In this document: positions 20,755-29,489 of the stretch, piece by piece
Layout: the number at the start of each line of letters is the position of its first letter
Position numbering within the stretch: position 1 is the stretch's first letter
DNA from: Promethearchaeati archaeon SRVP18_Atabeyarchaeia-1
GTDB taxonomy: Archaea > Asgardarchaeota > Atabeyarchaeia > Atabeyarchaeales > Atabeyarchaeaceae
DNA length: 64,000 nucleotides
Direction of reading: 5' to 3'
NCBI GenBank assembly: GCA_037308085.1
Contig: CP147779.1
Coordinates: forward strand, 832,001 to 896,000
Notes under the pieces: model-generated
What the model was told of the DNA's origin: nothing
The model's input: the letters and a program-made list of their open reading frames with translations, nothing else
The model's database searches: none
Position numbers and translations under genes: made by a program

Positions 20755-21555
20755 CTAGGCTTTCAGGTAGAGTTCCCCTTTTCCACCGTCTGCGAGGTCT
20801 CCGACGAACTTATTGAAGGGTCCACTTATCTCTTCGCCGTCTTCCTCGCTAGTCCTTGTGCTCGGGACTTTTCCTTCGCTCTTGAAAGATGGGAGTACTT
20901 CAGCGATTCTGCCTAGGATGATGATCTTTCCTTTGGTCATCTCTCCGCCGGCTCGAGGAGCAGCGTCTTTGTGTACTACTATGACTCCACCTTTCAGGTG
21001 TATGCCTGCCATGGCGCCGACGCTGCCTTTGACGACTATCGTGCCATTGGACATCCATGAACCGATCTCGTTTCCGGCGTTTCCCTCGACGAGTATGGTT
21101 CCTCCTGAGGTTCCTCTCCACTCTCCGCGGTACGAGGCGCCCAGGTAGCTTCCGGCGTTTCCTTTGATTGTAATCTCGCCGCCTTTCATCAACGCCCCAG
21201 CCCAGTCCCCCGCGTTTCCTTCGACGGTTATCTTGCCGCCTCTCATGTTGTTGCCTACGTGCATCCCAGCGCTTCCTTTAATTATGATTTCGCCGGCAGT
21301 CATGCCTTCGCCGACTCTCTTAACGGTAGGGATGTCTCCCTGTATGACTATGCGGATATCTTCTGGCTTGTCGACCTTTATTCCCTTAACGTCGAAAACA
21401 TCCTTGAGTTTGAGCTGCCTGTTTCCTCTGAATATAGTTAGACCTAGTATTTGTTCTACTGTTTTTCCAGCAACTTTGTCTGGGCTTATTACTTCAGCTT
21501 CGATAGGGACTTTGCTATTGATACTCTTGGGGACGAGAATGATTTCTTGGACCAC
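20755..21555 (-). CDS. fwdC: Formylmethanofuran dehydrogenase subunit C
   Basis: PIEAEVISPD, GNR and Gly-rich GxxMxGGxIxVxGNAG repeats, FVGDLA. Confidence 0.95.
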   Translation of the reverse strand: MVQEIILVPKSINSKVPIEAEVISPDKVAGKTVEQILGLTIFRGNRQLKLKDVFDVKGIKVDKPEDIRIVIQGDIPTVKRVGEGMTAGEIIIKGSAGMHVGNNMRGGKITVEGNAGDWAGALMKGGEITIKGNAGSYLGASYRGEWRGTSGGTILVEGNAGNEIGSWMSNGTIVVKGSVGAMAGIHLKGGVIVVHKDAAPRAGGEMTKGKIIILGRIAEVLPSFKSEGKVPSTRTSEEDGEEISGPFNKFVGDLADGGKGELYLKA

Positions 21556-21607
21556 GAGATTTCTTCCTCCATCGAGTAGAATTCGGCGCGATCTACTATA
21601 TTATCCC

Positions 21608-23335
21608 TTACTTCTTTAGTTCCATCTTCACAGGAGCTGGGTTGACTAGGTATTCATCCTGTACAGGGTAGTTCTGGAGGTTTACCGTGTAGTATTTCAT
21701 GAATTTGTCCTTAAGATCTTCGTATACTGCCTTTGTCCAGTCATCAGGAACCTCTATGTCGAGCCAGTGGGTTCTGCCAATTGGCGAAGCTACAACCTCA
21801 CCATCCTTGACTACGATCTGGCCACGAGCAATTGTGTATTTGGCGTTCTTGAAGGCTTTCTCGACGGCTTCAGGGTTCTGGGATGGATTAATCTTGACAG
21901 GATCTAGATCATAAATCGCTACATCAGCGTCGGCACCCACACCTAAGTGCCCCTTATTCTTCATTCCAACGGCCCTGGCGATCCCCGCTCTTGTGATTAT
22001 GGCGATTTCGGAGATGCTGTATTCTCGGTCATAGTTGGGTAGTGTTGTCTTCGATGTCGCCCGCTCGTGTACTTCCTTTAGCATGGCTTCCCTTTTTTTC
22101 TTGCTGACTAACCAAGATATAATGGTTGGATAACTCGTGAAAGGTCCACCATTGGGATGATCAGTCGTCAAGTACATCCTCCAAGGGTCTTTGACTCCTA
22201 GCGCGATTTCGAGTCCCACGGCCCACTGGATTGCGTTGACTCCGGTTCCTTTCTTAATATAGACATATGGGACTATTCCTGCACTTGTTTCGAGTTCAAC
22301 GTCTGCGTTAACCCATTTGAGCCCAGTCAGTTTGTGCAGGTTATACTCCATTGGTCCATCGGCTGTCATAGTTGTTGTGTCGCCGAAGACAACCTGCCCC
22401 ATATCGACTGTGACGTGCTTGTGAGCATTAACATAATTAACTAGTTCATCCGCTGCAGATGAGAAGGTTTTCCAGTCTTCCCCCGCGTAAGCGTGGAACT
22501 GGGCGTGAGTCAGGTGAATGACGGCATCTCTACCGTTCCCTGATGAGTGCGCTATACCCTCCACAGAATTGAGTGTGTCTAGGGTTACTTTGATGTTGCC
22601 AGGGTGACCCAGGTTATTGGGGTGGACATGGATGGTGTGAGGCAGACGTAGTCTCTCATTGACCTTTGCAAGATTTGTTATAACCTCTCTTGGGCTGATG
22701 TCGAAGTAGGGCACCCGATCATCTATTGTATCGCAGTTCTTTCCCCACTTCCAACTCTCAACTCCACCAGGGTTGACCATCTTAATGGCATATCCCTTGG
22801 TAGCTTTGAGCATCCAAGCCACGAAGGCAGTTAGTTTATCAAGATCCTTGTCTTTTATGTAGTCGATTACAAACCAGTTTCCTCCGAAAAGAGGATAGCA
22901 CGCCTTGTCGACAATAGGCATGTCATTAAACTCTTCGTGGACATGTCTTGCTTTTAGCGGTGGCACCGCGGGCTCGATGACAGTCGTCCAACCCATTCTG
23001 GCGTACCTGTAGCCTGTGGTGTAAGTGGAGGGAATTGAATAACCGACACCGGATCTCATGCCTTCTTTCTTGAACTCAAAATCCTTTCTGTGATCCTCAG
23101 GTCTCAGGAGTCTTCCAGCATCAACCTTTGGTCCCGCAATATGAGTGTGAACGTCTACTCCTCCAGGCATTACGATGCATCCACTCGCATCTATGACCTT
23201 AGAATCAGTCGCTTTGACATGAGTCTCATCGACGATCCTGCCATCCTTGATGCAAACAGTGATCTTCTCTCCGTCGGCATTGTTCGCTGGATCGTAAACA
23301 AGACCATTCTTGATTATTATGGCATTGTTCGGCAT
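21608..23335 (-). CDS. fwdA: Formylmethanofuran dehydrogenase subunit A
   Basis: GGVDVHTHIAG, HVHPNNLG, THAQF, TMTADGP and TTDHPNGGPF. Confidence 0.97.
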   Translation of the reverse strand: MPNNAIIIKNGLVYDPANNADGEKITVCIKDGRIVDETHVKATDSKVIDASGCIVMPGGVDVHTHIAGPKVDAGRLLRPEDHRKDFEFKKEGMRSGVGYSIPSTYTTGYRYARMGWTTVIEPAVPPLKARHVHEEFNDMPIVDKACYPLFGGNWFVIDYIKDKDLDKLTAFVAWMLKATKGYAIKMVNPGGVESWKWGKNCDTIDDRVPYFDISPREVITNLAKVNERLRLPHTIHVHPNNLGHPGNIKVTLDTLNSVEGIAHSSGNGRDAVIHLTHAQFHAYAGEDWKTFSSAADELVNYVNAHKHVTVDMGQVVFGDTTTMTADGPMEYNLHKLTGLKWVNADVELETSAGIVPYVYIKKGTGVNAIQWAVGLEIALGVKDPWRMYLTTDHPNGGPFTSYPTIISWLVSKKKREAMLKEVHERATSKTTLPNYDREYSISEIAIITRAGIARAVGMKNKGHLGVGADADVAIYDLDPVKINPSQNPEAVEKAFKNAKYTIARGQIVVKDGEVVASPIGRTHWLDIEVPDDWTKAVYEDLKDKFMKYYTVNLQNYPVQDEYLVNPAPVKMELKK

Positions 23336-23490
23336 GTGTCCAAGACCACCCTATGTACGGTCAGCTTTTCTAGAAGGAATCTTTTCTTAATTGATAAGGG
23401 TTATGCTGCACGCCATAATCATTGTGCGCATTCATCATGACGACTCAGGCGATAATCTGAATTATCAAAGTGATAAACTTTTGTCAACTC

Positions 23491-24699
23491 TTATGTTTTG
23501 CCTAGGATGACCTGACCTGACCTTTGTGAAGGCTGGTGTAGGGCAAGTCCTGGCTTGTACCCCGTGAGCTTGCCGAGTTCAGATGCAAATCCATAAAATA
23601 TCCTCGATAGCTGGATGCCCTTTGGGCAGTTTTCGTCGCACTTTCCACAGTTGACGCACGTATCTCCCATGTGTACTAGTCTTGTTGCATGCAAGAGTAG
23701 TGGGTCAATGGTTTTTATCTTCTTAAGAAGAATACAGTCCTTGCACCAGCAAACTGGGCAGGCACGTACACAGAGTCCGCATTTGGTACAGGGGTCGAGC
23801 ATTGCTTTCAATTGAGCGAACCGCTTGTTTCCTTCAAGTCTGGCAAGTTCCTCATTCTGTTCTTCAAGTCTTTTGTCGGCGCCCTTCTCCATGTCCCTAA
23901 TGACTGAGTCTTTCTGCTCCTTTTCTGAGACATCCGAACTGCTTAGAGAGATTAGCATTCCTTGGCTTTTTGCCAGCTTGATACTCGTAGCCCCCCTCTC
24001 TGTGACGGGTCTAATCAAGATGTTTGGGTTTGCCGAGGGGCTCCTGCGCCAAGCTGAGATGCTGATGTCGCACGTAGGTGGCTCACGATTGCCACATCTT
24101 GTGCAGCATTCCCGCAGTCTCACGTCCTTGCCAAGCTTCAGTGGTGCAATAGTCCCCGAAGTTGCTTTGACCGCTATTTCACTGGGTGTTATCTCACAAG
24201 ACTCGATTTTCGATTGATCTATTCCTTGTTTCTTTATAGCGTTGGCTAAGTCTAGGAAAGACACGCTTCCTGGACATTCCAGGCCGATAATGAATAGGTT
24301 CCCAAACGATACCTGATTTCTCTTCGACAGTTCGACAAGCGCCTCAATCTCGCAAGGACGCGCTACTAAGGCGACCTTTTTGTCGAAGCATCCACCAAGT
24401 TGAGAGTGAATAATCTTGGGAACGCTAAGTAGTCTTGGTAGCCCGACCACCAGATATTGTGAGAGGAGACGGTAGTCGAGGCTCGAGACATCAGAAGAGG
24501 CTTCAACTGAGACAGCCTGCATTCCGCCGCCTGGCTTCTTCTCGGTGAAGGTCAGAAATGCATCCACGATCCCACCATCCAGCAATGCTTTGTAGAGCGA
24601 CTTGATCGTGGTTTCCACTGGACGACCGCGGTTTTCGTCACTGATTCGGCATGTGATGTACGATCTGTCCTCACTCACCTTCACCAACTCCATATTCAA
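23491..24699 (-). CDS. FdhB/FrhB-family (F420-interacting type) Fe-S subunit
   Basis: KVALVARPCEIEALVELSKRNQV...NLFIIGLECPG, LRECCTRC, CTKCGLCVRACPVCWC and HMGDTCVNCGKCDENCP, as in methanogen FdhB. Confidence 0.85.
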   Translation of the reverse strand: MNMELVKVSEDRSYITCRISDENRGRPVETTIKSLYKALLDGGIVDAFLTFTEKKPGGGMQAVSVEASSDVSSLDYRLLSQYLVVGLPRLLSVPKIIHSQLGGCFDKKVALVARPCEIEALVELSKRNQVSFGNLFIIGLECPGSVSFLDLANAIKKQGIDQSKIESCEITPSEIAVKATSGTIAPLKLGKDVRLRECCTRCGNREPPTCDISISAWRRSPSANPNILIRPVTERGATSIKLAKSQGMLISLSSSDVSEKEQKDSVIRDMEKGADKRLEEQNEELARLEGNKRFAQLKAMLDPCTKCGLCVRACPVCWCKDCILLKKIKTIDPLLLHATRLVHMGDTCVNCGKCDENCPKGIQLSRIFYGFASELGKLTGYKPGLALHQPSQRSGQVILGKT

Positions 24700-24735
24700 A
24701 GTTCGTAATCATAATCATCGTAAGGTGTATTTGTC

Positions 24736-24816
24736 CCCGCCATACCCTGGCAAACAGGGTAAGTCCCATTCATGACACATCTCTGTTTACTCATGATGGT
24801 CATCCAGCTTGGCGGG
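24736..24816 (-). promoter_or_regulatory. Eukaryote-like (type II) SECIS element overlapping the mvhD 3' end
   Basis: RNA reads CCCGCCA AGCUGG AUGA C CAUCAUGA GU AA ACA-GAGA-UGU G UCAUG(A)AUG G GA CUU ACCCUG-UUUGC-CAGGGU A UGGCGGG. It shows the AUGA/GA core, 11 nt to AA, an apical mini-helix with a GNRA loop and a closing helix CCCGCCA/UGGCGGG. Confidence 0.75.
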
Positions 24817-25224
24817 TTCTGCCTTGAAGGGGTTCTGGCCCAAAGACCGGATTATCTCGACGGCTGTCTTGACCACTTCAGCGAATTTCTCTCCTTCTGC
24901 TGATGAGCAATTGTAGAACTGAGCTCTGTCTGCGCCGATTCCCATGAACCCGAGGATCTGCTGTACATGCTTGACTTGGTTCTTCGCGATAATGTTTCCC
25001 TTTTCGTATTCGCAGGTTCCTTCGTATCAGCCTACCACTAGAACGCCATCAGCGCCTTTCCTCAGTGCCCTGATAATCAGATCTCCGTCGACACGCCCGG
25101 CGCAGGGCACACGGATAGTTCTCACGTTCGATGGGTACTGTATTCTTCCGATCCCTGCTGTGTCAGCCGCGCCATACCCTCATTTCCAACAGAGGAACAT
25201 TGCTATCTTTGGTTCGAAAGCCAT
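24787..25224 (-). CDS. mvhD: MvhD/VhuD [2Fe-2S] subunit, selenoprotein (U15, U66); absent from the ORF track
   Basis: [48 protein letters not shown]...GADGVLVVG-UGA-YEGTCEYEKGN...CSSAEGEKF...GQNPF; UGA at 25180-25182 and 25027-25029. Confidence 0.95.
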
Positions 25225-25250
25225 TTTCACGCGACACCTCTTTCAGTCGA

Positions 25251-27215
25251 CTACTGATCTGCGAATAATGTGTCTATGTATGCTTCGTATTGCTCGTCCT
25301 TGTAGTGTCTAAGAGTAATTGCTGATGAGGGGCATACCGCTGCGCAGGCGCCGCATCCTCTGCAGTCCATTTCATTGACGACGGCAATCCTGTCTTTCAT
25401 GGTTATGGCTCCGTACGAGCATATCTCTGCGCATAGGCCGCATCCAGAGCATCTCTTGTCATCAGCGATCGCGCGTACCAGGGTGATTTCGACTTGCTTG
25501 TTGATCATGGGTGTTCCAGCAGATGAAGCGGCTCCTTTCGCTGTCCCAACCGCTTCGGGGATTGACTTGGGACCTTGGGCAACGCCTGCGATGTACACGC
25601 CAAGCTTCTTTGTATCGACTGGTGCGAGGCACAAGTGGAACTCCTTGACAAAGCCGTCTTTGGCTCGCTCGATCTTCAAAAGTCCTCTTAGGTCATCCTG
25701 CCTTGCAGGGGGAATCATTGCAGTCGAGAGAACCACCATGTCGGCCTCCGTTTCAGAGACTTCGCTAGTGAGAGTGTCTTCAACGGAGAGCAGAAGATTC
25801 TTCGTCAAGGGATCTTCAACAACTTCAGCTACCTTCCCTCGCACGAACCTCACGCCCGCGTTTCTGGTCTCTCTGTTATACTCCTCGTGGTCTCTGCAGG
25901 GGGTTCTGATGTCGATGTAGTAGATCGTGGGCTCAGTATCTGGGTAGTAGTGTTTGACGTATTTGGCGTTCTTGATGGCAGTCATGCAGCAGACTCCGGC
26001 AGAGCAGTACTGATTAGCATCCATGCTTCGTGATCCTACGCACTGTATCATGGCTATTCTTTTGGGGGTCATCAAATCTGAAGGGCGAACTAGCTTGCCG
26101 CCAGTTGGACCATTTGGCGCGGTTATCCGCTCAAGTTCGAGTTGTGTTATGACGTTCTCGTATTTTCCATAGCCGTACTCGCCAATTGGCTTGTACTCCC
26201 TGAACCCTGTGGCAAGCAGGATAACTCCAACGTCTATCTCAACGGTCTTTGGCGCCTGGTCCAGGTTGATGGCATTAGGCTCGCACTTCTTCATGCAAAG
26301 CCTGCACTTTATGCATCTATCCATGTCGATCGTGTAAGTACTCGGCACTGCTTGCGGGAATGGTAGGTAGATAGCCTTTCTTGTTCCAAGTCCTTCGTCG
26401 AACTCGTTCGGCGCGAAGATTGGGCAGACATCGACGCAAGCCCCGCACCCATTGCATTTCTCCCGTTCTACGTATCTCGGTTTTTGTCTGACTGTGACTT
26501 TGAAATCGCCGACATACCCCTCTACTTTCTCAACTTCGCTGTAACTGAGTAGCTCAATGTTATGGTGATGTGCCAGTTCCACCATCTTTGGACCTAAGAT
26601 TCAGATTGAGCAATCATCCGTCGGGTAAGTCTTATTCAGTTTTGCCATATGCCCACCGATGGAAGGTTCACGCTCAACCAGGCACACTTTCATTCCCTTG
26701 TCAGCCAAGTCTAGTGCGGCTTGAAGCCCAGCGACTCCGCCACCAACAACAAGTGCCTTCTGAAGCACTGGTACAATCTTTGTCGGGATGCTCTCAAGCA
26801 ATTTTGCTCGTTCGACTGCCGCCCTGATTAGCGCCTTGGCTTTGATCATTGCTTCTATGGGCTTGTCAGTGTGAACAAAGGTGCATTGCTCCCTGATGTT
26901 TACGAACTCCAAGTAGCTTGGATCTACGCCAGCTTCCTTGAGAATAGTGCGGAACAGTGGTTCGTGAGTCTTAGGGGTACATGCCGCGACTATAACCCTA
27001 TCCAGCTCGTACTCCTTGATCTTGGCCTTGATTAGGGAGGCGCCAGACTCGGTGCAGAGAGAGATATTCTGTGCCGCGATTTTCACTCCTTCCAGTTCAC
27101 CAGCATACTCAACGAGAGCAGAAGTATCAATGACGCCACCGATATTTACTCCTCAACGGCAGATGAAAACACCAATGCTAAAAGATGATTTAGGCTCTCC
27201 CGTTTGTTGACTCAC
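25251..27215 (-). CDS. hdrA: Heterodisulfide reductase subunit A, selenoprotein (U21, U205), 654 aa
   Basis: One frame from GTG 27215: IGVFICR-UGA-GVNIGG (27153-27155), VAACTPKTHE, NIREQC, VVGGGVAG, TYPTDDCSI-UGA-ILGPKM (26601-26603), IQCVGSR, CSAGVCC and C-terminal ferredoxin motifs. Confidence 0.95.
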
Positions 27216-27277
27216 CCCCTAGGCTCCATTGACGTGCTTCGCAGGTAGGTTCCCGCGGAGCTACTTCCAGATTCCTA

Positions 27278-27952
27278 CTATGAGGTCAATTTCGTCGTAA
27301 GCTTCTTGACGGTCTCATCCCAGAAATCAGTGTGTTCTCCAGACCAGGTGACTTCATCGCGTGTGAGCTCCAGTGCGCCCTCCCCTGGGCAGGCATTAAT
27401 GCATGCGCCGCAGAAAAGGCATTTCTTATCGTCGATTGACACTTTCTCTGTCTTCTCCCATGGCTTTGATGACTTCGGAATAGTGATTGCCTTGGTTGGG
27501 CAAATATCCGCGCAAGTTGAGCATCCGCCAGGGCACTTGTCGACGTGTATAGCGATTCTGCCCTTGAAGAACTTGCGTGCCTTATTCCCTGTTCTTTCAC
27601 AGGTAACCTCTTCGTACTTCAACTCAGGAACTGCCTTGCCGTCAACGATCTGAAGCTTCCTTTCGCCGTTTATCTTAAACTCGATTGCCTGAAATGGGCA
27701 GATATAATCACAGACACCGCAGAAAGAGCACTTCCTCTCGTCAACCAGAACTGGAGGTGACTGAACATCCTTTTTCATTGATGCTCCCACAGGACCTCTA
27801 GCAATGGCTTCCTTTGGGCAGGCGGTGACACAGACGCCACACCCGGTGCACTTCTCTCGATTAACGTTAAGCGAAAGCGTAATGTTTAGCATTCTAAGTG
27901 ATGCAGTAACTTTCGACGGATCAACGGTCCTTGTGTATTGGGGTAATGCCAT
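27278..27952 (-). CDS. fwdF: FwdF-like polyferredoxin (4 clusters)
   Basis: Four CxxCxxCxxxCP-type motifs, including CPGGCSTCADICP; fwd context. Confidence 0.75.
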   Translation of the reverse strand: MALPQYTRTVDPSKVTASLRMLNITLSLNVNREKCTGCGVCVTACPKEAIARGPVGASMKKDVQSPPVLVDERKCSFCGVCDYICPFQAIEFKINGERKLQIVDGKAVPELKYEEVTCERTGNKARKFFKGRIAIHVDKCPGGCSTCADICPTKAITIPKSSKPWEKTEKVSIDDKKCLFCGACINACPGEGALELTRDEVTWSGEHTDFWDETVKKLTTKLTS

Positions 27953-27971
27953 TACTTCACATCCTCCCTAC

Positions 27972-28229
27972 TCACTCTTTGGGCTTTTCGGGTTGTTGAG
28001 AGGGAAACCTGATCTCTAGTGCGTGGCGCGGGCATGCCTCGATGCACATTCCGCAGCCGTCACATAAATCTTGGTTTGTTACTCCGAGTTTGCCGTTCTT
28101 TACTCTCAACACCGCGTTTGATTCCTGTTCTGTAACTATCTTTCCAGTCTTGTTGACTGGGCATGCGATCGTGCAATCGCCGCAGCCGTTGCACTTTCTC
28201 TCAGAGATGGCTATTTGATAGGATGTCAA
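27972..28229 (-). CDS. fwdG: FwdG-like 2x[4Fe-4S] ferredoxin
   Basis: CNGCGDCTIACPVN...LRVKNG...CDGCGMCIEACP. Confidence 0.75.
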   Translation of the reverse strand: MTSYQIAISERKCNGCGDCTIACPVNKTGKIVTEQESNAVLRVKNGKLGVTNQDLCDGCGMCIEACPRHALEIRFPSQQPEKPKE

Positions 28230-28715
28230 TCAGGGGCGCCTCCGAGTTGACGCGATAATTCGCACTATCAATAGTGATTTGCGATTCCATTCATATGACG
28301 CTTCCAATAGGTAAGAAACCCTTCGATTGTTCTGCAAGTCTTGTCAGCGCAAGGTAAGCTATCTTTGTGACTTGATTTGGTTTTCGTCATTTTAAGGTTA
28401 ACTAAGAACTTTTCCATCACTCAATTCGGTTCAAGGGAAGCCATTATTCTTCAGATGTTGGAGGTATCGCATCGGCTTTTATACCTTTTTCAGGGGAATG
28501 AGTGTCATTCGTGCCGAGGTGAGAAGTGCGTCTTCTACTCTTGTCGTTCGCAAGTGGCAAGCTCTCGGGACCCGCCTACAAGCGCGTGATAGGAGACCGT
28601 CCAAGTCCTGCGGTGGCAACTGATGTAACAATCCTATGATACACTTTATTAAATCAATCAGTGGGCGAAAGTCATTTATAACAAGACTTCATCTTTTCGA
28701 TGCTGGTTTTATATT

Positions 28716-28991
28716 ATGTGTGGGGTTCTTGATATGGCTAATGATTCAGGTCCCGCTGTAAATACACAGCGATGTCAGGGATGCTCGAATTGCGTTATGG
28801 CTTGCCCAATCAATCAGAAGCTTGACAAGCGCATAATCGAGGGTGAATCACCCAGGTCTGATGACGTTGTGTTAAGGATCAAGAATGGCTCATGCACAGT
28901 CCTCAACAAGAAGCTCTGCCTTCAGAAGAGCTTTGAATGTAAGAGGTGCGAGCAAATCTGTCCGAGGGGCGCCATTCGGGTAATCGAGTGA
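28716..28991 (+). CDS. fwdG: Second FwdG-like ferredoxin
   Basis: CQGCSNCVMACPIN...LRIKNG...CKRCEQICP; start perhaps the ATG at 28734. Confidence 0.7.
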   Translation: MCGVLDMANDSGPAVNTQRCQGCSNCVMACPINQKLDKRIIEGESPRSDDVVLRIKNGSCTVLNKKLCLQKSFECKRCEQICPRGAIRVIE

Positions 28992-29055
28992 GTTTCTTAA
29001 TATACTAGTATAAGACGCTATAGATGCGAAGAGACGGAAAAGAGGGTTAGTCGGA

Positions 29056-29460
29056 TTGCCTGAGAAGTCGGTTGAGGTTGTCATAATAACTGGCAGAACG
29101 GTGGATCAAGGGGTTGCGATAGAGGGCGGTAAACTCTCGCAGTCCTATGTGAAGGCCGCTGCCATATGCTACATGGATCCAAACGACATGAAGAAGATAG
29201 GGGTCATAACTGGAGACATCATTACAGTCAAGACGAACGCCGGGCAGGTAATACTACGGGCTGTCAAGTCTGAAGATACGCCGCATGTCGGCCTTGTATT
29301 TATTCCCATGGGTCCGTGGGCTAACCAACTTACTAATCCGGAGACCGATAGTATAGGCATGCCATCATTCAAAGGTATGAAAGGCATAATAGAGGCAACC
29401 CAAGGTGGAAAGATACTGGACGCCGCCACACTAGTCAAGACCGCTTTCCACAAGGCGTGA
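29056..29460 (+). CDS. fwdD: Formylmethanofuran dehydrogenase subunit D
   Basis: ITGRTVDQG, VFIPMGPWAN and GMPSFKG. Confidence 0.95.
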   Translation: MPEKSVEVVIITGRTVDQGVAIEGGKLSQSYVKAAAICYMDPNDMKKIGVITGDIITVKTNAGQVILRAVKSEDTPHVGLVFIPMGPWANQLTNPETDSIGMPSFKGMKGIIEATQGGKILDAATLVKTAFHKA

Positions 29461-29489
29461 GTGGCATTAACACGAGGTGTAAGTGAGAT

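Noticed and set aside
23400-23445. AUGA-containing hairpin after the FdhB-like gene as a second SECIS
   Set aside because: No GA on the 3' arm opposite AUGA.
24944-25312. Plus-strand ORF and the many other antisense or overlapping ORFs in the track
   Set aside because: They are shadows of well-supported genes on the opposite strand or frame (here mvhD).
28377-28589. Cys-containing ORF in the divergent fwd promoter region
   Set aside because: No recognisable motif spacing or start context; likely spurious.
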